Under the pieces are notes generated by a model. That model was given only the letters and a program-made list of their open reading frames with translations. It was not told where the DNA came from and did no database searches. The translations under genes and the position numbers were made by a program. From Vicugna vicugna (lineage: Eukaryota), in the NCBI GenBank assembly GCA_013265495.1, contig MU061814.1, positions 5,707,684 through 5,771,683 of the forward strand: DNA of 64,000 nt. Direction: 5' to 3'. How positions within the stretch are numbered: position 1 is the stretch's first letter; each line of letters opens with the position of its first letter. Below are positions 33,928 to 44,800 of this stretch, in pieces.

Positions 33928-36900
33928 CATCCTTCCTGGTGGCACGTGTGGCCACGCGTCAGTGGCTGAGGCTTGTCTCCCCCGACGCATCCTGGCTTTC
34001 TGTTGGTGCTGGCTTTTTTCCTCCTGAGGACGCTCTGGAGCTGCCATCACCCCTCTCCTGCACTCCACTCCTAAGTCCTGTCTTGGTGCGGCCTGTGCCT
34101 CGCGGGCCAGGGTCTGCACTGCCGCCCACCTGCCGTCAGCCCTCCACGAGTGTCCACTTGCCAGGCCTCAGTGCCGGGACTTGGCGCCCACAGGGAGGCC
34201 CGTGGGCATCCAGGGTGCTCTGGGGCGGGGCGCATCGGTACTTCGAAGCACCAGCCAGTCTGGTGGTGCTCTTGGGCCTCAGCCTTCCTCGCAGCCCCAG
34301 CCCTGCTGGCGTTGGCTGCGCCTGAGATGCTGGACCCCTGCCCCCCCACTGTCTCCTCCACAGTTTGGATCTCTGTCGGCCTAGGGCCCAGCTGACTTTG
34401 GCCCCTGTGTGTCGGCCCCCCTGTTCTTGGGGCCTGGCACTGACAGGTGCCTGGTCCACCCATCAGCTCTGATGACCTCGTGAGGCATGAGGCCGTGGTC
34501 GGTGCCCTGTCCCACACCTGCCTCTGCTGACCCTCCCGTCTGTGAGCCGGGCTTTGACCTGGTGCTGCGCAGACCTGAGTCCTTTGGGATTTGTGCAGGA
34601 CGTCCCCATCCCTGCCCCACTCTGGTGGCCACGGCCCTGCCCAATGGGCCCCTCTCCCGCGTGAGGGCTTGTGTGTCAGGCCTGCAGTATGTCCCTGAGG
34701 TGGGGGCTGACAGAGGGGCCAGGGTGGGACAGCCCTGCCGTCCATAGCGCTCCCTTCAGGATGTCCACGCGTGCCTCTGGCTGACTCTGAGGATCTCAGT
34801 CACTGAGCCAGTAGTTGACCCGGATCTGAGGTCAGAGGTCAGGCCAAAAGCCAGGGCCGCATTTGGCCAGTCGGGCCCAGAGCTGGGGAGCTCAGGGGAG
34901 CCAGGCGCAAGGTGAGCATCCCCATCGGGCTGACGTGGTGCCACTGTGGCGTCCCTCGGGTCAGCGCCTGTCCTGGTGGGGGGGTGTGGCCCATCCCGCT
35001 GCAGGCTTCAGGGGCATTTGTTCTGTTGGTTCTGGTCCAGGAGGCCCTGCCCCAGAGTCCACGTTAAGCTGGGAGTAAGCTGCCCTCTGCCCTGGGGCCC
35101 TCTTCACCACCAAGTGCAGGGACTGGGGCAGAGTGGGAATCTCTGCTCCCCAGGCCCACTTCAGGAGTGCTGGGATGTGGTGGTTTGACTGTCCAGTCCC
35201 CCCCCCCACCCCGCACAGAGGCGCTGATGTCACCATAAAAACACCCAGGAACACAGAGTGGTCTGGCTGAACTCCCAACAAAGGTGCAGGCAGGGACCAG
35301 GCCAGGTGTGCGGGTTAGAGACCGCTGGAGGTTCTGGACCTGAGGCTGTGTCTCCGGGTCGGTCTTCCGTGTTGTCCTGTCCGGGGCAGCACTTTGGGGC
35401 AGGTGGGCCCAGACTGAACAGGTGAAGGTGGTTGGGTCTGGGTGCGGAGGCCGGTCTGGGCTGGGTGTGGTTCTGGGTGGGACAGTGCTGGAACCTGTTC
35501 TTGGCTGATCCCAGTCACCACCCCCACCCCACCTGGCTTGTACAGGCCAGGCTGGCCTCCATCTCTCCAGGCAGCTCACCCATCAGCCGTGGAGCTGCCC
35601 TCGGCCCCCGAGCTGTGTGTGCTGCCCACCCAGACTGGGCCTCCTGGCCAGTCTCCACTCCCTGTTTGCCCCAGACTTGGCCAAGGCACCAGGACTGATC
35701 AGCAGACACTTCAGGGCAGCCCCTGGTCAGCTTAGGTCCCTTGTCCAGAACTTTCATGCAACCAGGGACGGCCTGTTTTTCCTGGCTGCCCCCTTTACAT
35801 GTGTCCACTTTCGCTGCCACCCTGTCCAAAAGTTCCTCCCAGCCAGGTAGCCCTGCCCCGTGGGCCCTATGCCTGTAAGTGCAGATGCTGGCAGCCCTCC
35901 TGGGGCCCCACGCCCTGAGCCAGCCCTGCAGGAAGACGGGGCGCAGAGCTTCCTGGGGACCGTGTGGGTTGGGATTCCTGGGTGGTGGGCACCCCACCCT
36001 CTGCACCTACTCCGGTCCCACCAGCCGTGCTGCGTGCTGACCCCAGCCGCCAGGTTGCACGGGGTGGGGCTGGCGGCAGCTGCGCTGAGGCACGGCTCAG
36101 TACTGAGGGTTGGCTGCCCAGGCGCTCAGAACTGGAGCTCCTGGGGTCCCTCCCCACCGCTGGGGCTGGGGGAAGTGGGGCCTCTGCTCGGGGTTCCCAC
36201 CTGGACGCTGGGATGAGGGCCATGATGGGAGACTTTCACCAGCCAGGACGCCACGGCTGTGCCACTTCCAGAACTCCCAGCGAGGGGCCTGCCTGGCTCT
36301 AACCTGTCCTTTCTCAGCTGTGACCCAGGGCAGCTCACGCCCTGGCCGAGCCCTGACCCCGCTAGGTCGGCTGCAAGGCCTCGGGTGCTCGCGGGCACAG
36401 AGCACCTGTCGGGTTCAGAGACTCCTGGGCGGGCACATGGGTGGGGGACCAGATGGGGTCCAGCCAAGGGCACTTGCTGACTGGCTCACGTGAGTGGAGG
36501 GCAGTTCCTTGGAGCGTGTGGACATGCACATGAGTGTCCTGCGTGCCTGTGAGCCATGGACGTGGATTGATGGTGTTAGTTGTAGCCGCTAGACCAGGTG
36601 CCCTCTGCTGGCTTCTGCTTGGGTCTGCAGGGCCCACCTATGTGTCAGGGTGTGGTCCCAGGACCCCAGCACCCAGCACCCAGTGCAAGGCATCCACCAG
36701 CACTGTGGCATCCATAGCATCCAGCCATGAGTTCACAGGCTTGAGCAGCTCTCGGGCCACAAGTCTCAGACCTCCCTTACTTGAGATGCTCAGGTCAGGA
36801 GCATTGACCGCCAGGCAGGATGACAGGGCAGGGCTGGGGCGGGACACAGGACACCTGGTGCAAGGCTGTGGAGCTGACTGGGTCCTGCAGCCCCACCTGG

Positions 36901-37820
36901 TTGCTAGGGGTCTGGGGGAGGAGCAAAAGTGCCCACCCCTCCGGCAGCATCCAGCCCCGACCTTTACCCACGACCCCTCACAGTCTCCAGCGAATATCAC
37001 ATCCCCGACTGTCCTGTGCATCCTGAGTGTCCTGTGCCGGACCCGTCTCCCCCAGAGCATCTCTGCCCCCAGAAGCTGAACTCAGAGCAGGGTCAGAGTG
37101 GCCCTGGCAGCCTCGGCACACAGCGCTCAGCACCCCCCGACACACACTGGCTACCTGAGAGAGGGGGCCTGTCAGGTCCAGGTTCGGGTAGAGTGGGTCT
37201 GGTCAGGGCAGGCCCTGGGGCCCAGCTGGGCACCCCCTAGCACTGGTCACCGGTCCCAGCCTGGGGCTGTCCGGTCAGGTGGGGAGGCTTGGGGAGAGGC
37301 CTTGCTTGGCAGGCCCTCGCAGACTGGGGAGGGGCTTGTGGAGAAGTGGCCAGTGCAGAGGAGGCTTCCTGGGGGCCAGTGTGGGCTGGGTCATTGGAGA
37401 GACCTACGTGTGGCTCTGGTTTGGGGTCCTGGGTCCTGGAGGCGATGATGGGTGAGTGGGGGGGTTGGGGTCTAGTTTGACTCCCAGGGTCCAGGTGCTG
37501 CTCCAGGCCGCCCCCCAGGCTGCCAGAGACCCCAGGCCCATCTCCCACAGTGTGCTGCATGGGGCCACTTGTGGTGTCCTTGTCCATGAGGCGCCTCCCC
37601 TGTGAGCCTCTTTAGGACAGACCCTGTGGCGTGAGGGTTGAAGGTGTTGACCCCTTGCTGCCTTGCGTCCCTGCCCTGCAGCGTCACGGGGTTCTTCTCC
37701 CTGGGGCGCCCATGCCCCCAGCTCAGGGGAACGTCCTGGCCAGCAGATGGGAAGAGTGGAGAGTGGGGGAGGGGTGGGCCGGGGGTGGGCCAGGCAGTGA
37801 CGTCGGTGGGCAAGGGCCTC

Positions 37821-37902
37821 ATAAGCTGCGGCCTCCCTGTGGCTGCAGCAGGACTTGGCTGGACGGGAGTGCGCGAGACCGAGGGCTCTCGGACGGGAGC
37901 AG
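37821..37902 (+). promoter_or_regulatory. COL20A1: Candidate COL20A1 non-coding exon 1 / TSS region
   Basis: ATAAGCTGCGGCCTCCCTGTGGCTGCAGCAGGAC resembles the human COL20A1 mRNA 5' end as I recall it; no ATG; donor CAG|gttggt. Confidence 0.55.
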
Positions 37903-38803
37903 GTTGGTGACTCATCTGGGGGCTGGGGCCACCGGGGATGTGCCCAGGTCTGTGATCTGAGGATGACCTTGACCTCCTAGAAAGGTTAGGGGGGAGTGGA
38001 GCTCCTGGGGAGGGGGCAGCAGGACCAGAGGCACAGTCAGAGTGGGGCTGGGGTCTGACCCCCGGGCTACGGGGCAGAGAGGAGTCCTGCTCCCAGCACT
38101 GGCCTCCATGTCCCTGGAAGGGGTCTCACCGGGTTTCTGGGGAGAGGAGGGGTCTGGCTTCAGAATGTGAATCAGGAGGGCCAAGGACCTGGGGTGCCCA
38201 GAGAGCCCCTCCACAGCCCTGAGGACCCCCACAACCTTGGCTGCCCTGGGGGTGTCCGGGGCCCTGAGAGCCTGCGCTGCGTGTCCCTTCTGCTGTCAGC
38301 AGAGGCGCAGAGGCCCTGAGGTCCCAACCCCGCTTCAGGGCTTCTCCCCACCACTCGCTGGTAGGCCGGCTCTGGGGCCAGCACGCTGGGGGTCCTGCTC
38401 AAACTGGAGTCCCAGTCCCTGCCTCGGTTTCCTCCCCAGACCCCCAACCCTGACAGTGCCCACCGTAGTCTGGTCTAATGACAATTAAGTGACCAGAGCG
38501 GCAACCAGGGCCCCTTGTTGGCCCGTAGAGAACGTCCCAGGGCACGACACAGAAACTGACTGGGCTGCCCTGTCTCGGGGGGCAGGAGGGCAGCTGACCT
38601 CTCAATCCAGGAAGCTCCTGCCCAGGTGGACAGCAGGGCTGGTGGCTGCAGGCCCTGAGGCATGGGCTGAGCCTCCCTGCCCACAGGGCCGCAGGTGAAG
38701 ATGCTCTGGCTTCAAGGTCAGGAGGCGATGGACAGATGGGTGGACAAATGGAGGGACCAACGGATAGCTGAGCAGCCTTTCTTCTTCCCGCAGGCCACGC
38801 ACC

Positions 38804-38885
38804 ATGAGTGACTGTGTGCACCCCTCCCTCGGGGTCAGCCTCTGGCTGTTGCTGGGGGCTGCCATGGGACTTGGCCAGGGTCAAG
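38804..38885 (+). CDS. COL20A1: COL20A1 coding exon 1 (signal peptide)
   Basis: cgcaccATGA; [27 protein letters not shown]; acceptor at 38793; |gtaagg. Confidence 0.9.
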
Positions 38886-41800
38886 GTAAGGACACGGGCA
38901 GGGGGCTTCCTGGGACTGTGGACCCCACCAGACACCCACCTGCCCGCCCAGCCCCCCACCCCAGCTGACCCGCAGGGCGCTCCTGCTCGGGGCGGAGGCC
39001 CCACAGTGGGACTGGCTTCCCTCTGTCCTGAGTCCCTGGCAGGGACAGGTGCCCTGCGAGCAGAGCCAGGAGGCAGGACGGCCCCTCTGCCCACAGCCCC
39101 ACCCTCAGCTGTGGCTTGACCTTTGGCTTGGGGCTTTTTTGTGTTTTCCGTTTTGTTTTTTAACAGTTATCAACACACTGTGCATTTAATGCCCTCTTAC
39201 ATGTATTTTTTTTGGAAAGTCATTCCACAGACATGTTTTCAAAGTGAGATTTTCAAACATTAGAATTTAGAGTAAAAAGTGACCCCCAGCCCCGAGGGGA
39301 GCCCTGAGATGCTGGCTGCCACCATCACCCCAGATTCCCGTACCCCTTGTGCGGCTGCACCGCATCCAGCAAGGGGTGCTTCAATCTGACCACTCCCTCT
39401 TGGGTGTCCTTTTGGGGTAACGGGCATTGCAGTGTCGTTTGTAACTCCCCAAACCCGAGGAGGAAGGCTGCTTGGACTGACTCTGGGAGGTGGCGTCCAA
39501 GGCTCTGGTCACTCAGGGAGCCTCCTCCGCCCCGCTGGCCGTGTCCCTGGCGTGCGCCTGGCTCCCACGGGCGACGAGGGTGGGGGACCATGCCCCTTGC
39601 CGACGCAGCTGTGCTTCGTGGATGCGGCTCAAGCGGCCTCGCGAGGGCGGCAGGGGGCATCACGCAGCCACCAGCCTGGAGCCCAGGGTCTGCCAGCCCC
39701 CTCTTCCTGGTGGCCTGTCTTCCTGTTTTTGCTTTTGCAGGCAGGTTGGTGATGGCTGAGTGGGTGGGGCCCTGGGTCCTCAGGACTCTGACAGGGTCTC
39801 CCAGGGGGCTAAGCCACTAAGGGGCCTCACAGACGCTTGAGTCCAGACAGCACGCGGTCCCCCGGGCTCTGGGTGAGCTGGGGGGGCGGGGGGTGCAGGC
39901 TCCATGTCCAGGCTGCCCTTCCCTGAGGGTGGTGGGGGAGGAGCTCCTGGGTGGGTGCCTCCCACTGCCAGCCCTCCGGCTGTCTCCCCAGTGCCCCACC
40001 AAGGCCCCGACCTGTGGACCCAGAGGGCAGCCTGGAAAGCCTCCCCCAAGACGTGAGGGGTGCAACGAGACAGAGGCTCCTCATGAGCTGGGCTCCCTGC
40101 TCACAAGTGACTTTTCAAAGCTCCCACCCCCGAGACATTCCTGCCTTTCAGCCCGTGCTCCAGGGAGCAGAGGCCCATCCGGAGACCCATCCGGAGACCG
40201 GCTCAGCTGCCTCCAGCTCTGAAGCCCTCATTGTGCCTCTGTGGGCTCCCGCCAGCCCTGCGCTTCCCCTGTGCCCCCGACTTCAGAGGGGCAGCCGGAA
40301 GAAGCCTGTCTCTCCCCGTTTTCCAAAAATAGCACCCCCACCAACGAGCTCCCGGAAGCGTCCCCTGGAGGTCAGGCTGTGCCTGGGGCCCCAGGCCTCC
40401 ACTGCCCCTTCCTCCTCCTAGGACGGCCAGGGCACCCCGCCCAGTGCACCCACCAGAGTGCAGCCCCACACTCAGGGCTCTCCACACCGAGACCACCCCG
40501 CCCAGCACACCCACCAGAGTGCACCCCCACCCTCAGGGCTCTCCACACCCAGGGCGCCCCCCCCCAGGGCACCCACCAGAGTGCACCCCCACCCTCAGGG
40601 CTCTCCACACCCAGGGCGCCCCCCCCCAGGGCACCCACCAGAGTGCACCCCCACCCTCAGGGCTCTCCACACCCAGGGCGCCCCCCCCCAGGGCACCCAC
40701 CAGAGTGCACCCCCACCCTCAGGGCTCTCCACACCCAGGGCGCCCCCCCCCAGGGCACCCACCAGAGTGCACCCCCACCCTCAGGGCTCTCCACACCCAG
40801 GGCGCCCCCCCCCAGGGCACCCACCAGAGTGCACCCCCACCCTCAGGGCTCTCCACACCCAGGGCGCCCCCCCCCAGGGCACCCACCAGAGTGCACCCCC
40901 ACCCTCAGGGCTCTCCACACCCAGGGCGCCCCCCCCCAGGGCACCCACCAGAGTGCACCCCCACCCTCAGGGCTCTCCACACCCAGGGCGCCCCCCCCCA
41001 GGGCACCCACCAGAGTGCACCCCCACCCTCAGGGCTCTCCACACCCAGGGCGCCCCCCCCCAGGGCACCCACCAGAGTGCACCCCCACCCTCAGGGCTCT
41101 CCACACCCAGGGCGCCCCCCCCCAGGGCACCCACCAGAGTGCACCCCCACCCTCAGGGCTCTCCACACCCAGGGCGCCCCCCCCCAGGGCACCCACCAGA
41201 GTGCACCCCCACCCTCAGGGCTCTCCACACCCAGGGCGCCCCCCCCCAGGGCACCCACCAGAGTGCACCCCCACCCTCAGGGCTCTCCACACCCAGGGCG
41301 CCCCCCCCCAGGGCACCCACCAGAGTGCACCCCCACCCTCAGGGCTCTCCACACCCAGGGCGCCCCCCCCCAGGGCACCCACCAGAGTGCACCCCCACCC
41401 TCAGGGCTCTCCACACCCAGGGCGCCCCCCCCCAGGGCACCCACCAGAGTGCACCCCCACCCTCAGGGCTCTCCACACCCAGGGCGCCCCCCCCCAGGGC
41501 ACCCACCAGAGTGCACCCCCACCCTCAGGGCTCTCCACACCCAGGGCGCCCCCCCCCAGGGCACCCACCAGAGTGCACCCCCACCCTCAGGGCTCTCCAC
41601 ACCCAGGGCGCCCCCCCCCAGGGCACCCACCAGAGTGCACCCCCACCCTCAGGGCTCTCCACACCCAGGGCGCCCCCCCCCAGGGCACCCACCAGAGTGC
41701 ACCCCCACCCTCAGGGCTCTCCACACCCAGGGCGCCCCCCCCCAGGGCACCCACCAGAGTGCACCCCCACACTCAGGGCTCTCCACACCCAGGGCGCCCA

Positions 41801-44800
41801 CCCCAGGGCACCGTACCCTCATGGGCTGTGTAACCCAACCGTGACCTTGGCAGCTGGGATCTGCGGCCGCACAGCTGCTCCTCCCGCTGCCAGGCTCAGG
41901 CAGAGGAACCCGGGTGGGGAGGCAGCTGCTGTGTTGGCGCAGCGCCTGCATCTCCGGGGGCAGTTACTGCCACTCCCAGATGCTAACCTGAGCCTCTCTC
42001 TAGGGGCTGGGGGGACACCCCTAGGGGCAGGCGGGGGCCTCCTTGGAAGGAGCAGTCTCCCCTCCCTGGAGCTGCCAGGTGGCCCCAGTGCCTCAGAGCC
42101 CTCAGAAACCGGGTCCCCCTTCAGCCCCAGGTGGGGCCTCCTCTTGCCCAGCCCCACCCAACTGAGCCCTCCGTGGGGCCACAGCCTCCGCAGACGGTCA
42201 GGACGGGCCCCTCACACCTCTCCCAGCTCCCCACAGCTGGTTGGTGTGGGCCCCAGAGGTCATCCTGGCCGCCCTGTCCTGTTTCCCCAGCGAGCGGCCG
42301 CCTGAAGCTGGTGGTGCTGCCTGAGGACCGGCTACAGATGACGTGGAGGGAGTCGGAGGGGCGCAGCCTCGGCTTCCTGGTGCGGGTGAAGCCCATGGCA
42401 GGTAGGGCCTGCGCCTCCCCTCCGTGCAGACCACAGCGGTCACCATGGGGGCTGCAGTGGCTGGCTCCTCTGTGAGTCTGCCCTCCCTCCTGTCCATCTT
42501 CCCTGCTAACTGGGGGAAATCATGGCAGGAGGACAGGGCCTAGGGAGTCCCCATAGCTGTGTCCCCACACCTGGCACACGCAGGGGCATTCGGTCAAGGA
42601 CCCTGCTCCAGCTTAGAGCTGCCAGGACTCTGCCAGTGCCCAGCGCGAGCGGCCCACGTCTTATAGGACGGCAGCAGAGACGCCTGGTGGCTCAGCACAG
42701 ACCTCCAGACAGGGTGAGGGCTGCGAGTATTAAACCCTTTCCAAAACTGAGGTGTGACACCTGCAGGCGAGCCCCCAGTCACGGGCGTGTGGCCGCCCGC
42801 GTTGGCCAGATGCACGATGCGAACCTGCGCTCAGTCCCCGGGGGGAGAGGCCCCGCCGGGCTCACTGGCCTGGCGCTGCCCCGAGAAGAGCCCCAGCCTG
42901 ACCTGGCTGTGGTTTCCCTAGCATTTTAGCTAAGCCACCTTTGTTTATTTTTCTTGTCTTTTACATTGTTACTGACGTTTTGCGTATGTATCTACTTACC
43001 CATCAATTGCTGTGAGAAGTATTTTAAATCCCCAGCGTGACTGTAGATACGCCTTCTTCCGGCGTCTCACTAATCTTCGTGTGTCGAAGCTCTGTTATTA
43101 GGTGCATACAAATGTAGAACGGTCGTGCCTTCCTAGTAGACTGAACCTCTTCTGTGACAAGGTACTCCTCATTACCTCCCTGCGGCCATTTTTTCTTACG
43201 TTCTGCTTTCCGTAAGGTCAGTATTGCTCCAGCAGGAAGCGTTTGCACTGGATGCCGTGCCCCGTTCCTCTCCTTGACCTTCCTCCAGTCTTTCACTTCA
43301 GACACTGCTTCTCAGAAGCACAGAATTACTGTTGTTTTTATCCAGTGATACAGTCTTTCCCTTTTTGTCGAAACATTTCCCCGTTTACATTTAATGACAT
43401 TTCTGATACATTTGGATTTAAATCTACTATCTTTCTATTTGTTTTGTTTTTGTTCCACTAGTTATAACTTCTTCCTCTCCTGTCTTCTTTGGAACTGAAT
43501 TTTTCTAGAACAATTTTAAAACACGCGGAAGAAGAGAGTTCAGTGTGATGCAGCCTCGTGCGCCCGGGATTAAGCTCCAACAGCTGCCAGCTCGCGGCGG
43601 GGCTGCGCTGTGCCTCTCTCCCCCAGCACGCGGCGGGGCCGCGCTGCGCCTCTCCCCCAGCACCTTCCTTAGGTTGTGTTATCTTGAGCAAGTCCCAGAC
43701 AGCACATACTTCTGCCTATAAACATTTCAGTTTGTTTCTCTAAAAAAAGAAGGGATGAAAAATAACTCCAGTACTGCTAGCATGCCTGAAGAATGAAAAT
43801 ACTTCAAGACTATCATTAAATATTCTGTGTGTTAAAAATCATCCAGCTTGCCAGGTAAATGTCTTTTACAATTGACTTCCTTGCACGGGGGTCCCTGCAG
43901 GGCCCTCGCACTGTGCCTCACACTGTACTGGTTCCCACGTCTCAGGTAATGTTCCATCCAGAACAGTGTCCTCTCCCCTCCTTTTCCTCAGCACTTGTTT
44001 GTGGAAAAAAAAAGATCATTCATCCTGGAGGACTTGCACGTCCTACGTCTTGCTGACGGCATCCCCGTGGTGCCTTTTAAATTGCTCCTGTCCCCCGTTC
44101 TGCCCCGTAGATTGGCAGTTAGGTCCCGGAGTTTGATCAGATCCGGGTTTGATTGTATTCTGTGGACAGGAATCGTTTGTGAGTGGTTCCTGTCCCACTG
44201 CGCCCTTGCTGGAGGTGCACGGTGTCTGTTGCCTCTTTTCTCGTGTGGAGTTACCACGGATTGGCAGCTGTGAGAGGAGTGGGCACTTTCCGCATTCCGT
44301 GTCCCCTTTGCTCGTGTGGCGGACAGGGGCCGCAGCACCGCCCTCGGTTTATTAGCATGTAGCATCATGACAGCTCCGTAGCTGTCCCTGCACAGACGCC
44401 GCACAGCGGTGCCCGCCCTGTCTCATGCGTGCTCCTCCGTAACCTACAGCAAATCTCATAAAGTATTTCCATTTTTTCAGTTGCTCAATTTGATGTTAAT
44501 TCAGACCAGCTCGTGTATTTACCCCTTCGTTGCCCTTTGCTCCTTCCAGTGCCTCTCCTTCTGGGGCTGTCTTCTTTCTGCCTGAAACGTTTCCTTGAGT
44601 AAGGGTCTCCTGGCTGCAGGTTCTGTGTTTTGGGGGGTTTGTTTTTTCCTAAGTGTCTGTATTCCACCTTCGTTCTTGAAGGATGTCGTTGCTGGGTATA
44701 GAATTTTGATTGGAACTTCCCTTCAGCACCTTGAAGACCCCTTTTATTGTCTTTCGGTTCCTACCGTTCCTCTTGAGAATTCGGTTGCCAGCCCAGTTGC

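Noticed and set aside
38864-38866. Second in-frame ATG (gctgccATGG) that would remove the COL20A1 signal peptide
   Set aside because: The first ATG already has A at -3, so leaky scanning should be minor; there is no other support.
39720-39752. AG|GCAG|GT recursive splice-site-like arrangement
   Set aside because: The donor (GTTGGT) is weak and the intron is only ~3.4 kb; recursive splicing is a feature of very long introns.
40444-41812. CRISPR-like array
   Set aside because: The units are contiguous with no unique spacers and the context is a mammalian intron, so it is a minisatellite.
40241-42305. Three long ORFs (466-615 aa) of Pro/His-rich repeats as independent genes
   Set aside because: They are a by-product of the stop-free 62-bp VNTR; they start at GTG, with no ATG or promoter evidence. 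Kept only as a splice-dependent hypothesis.
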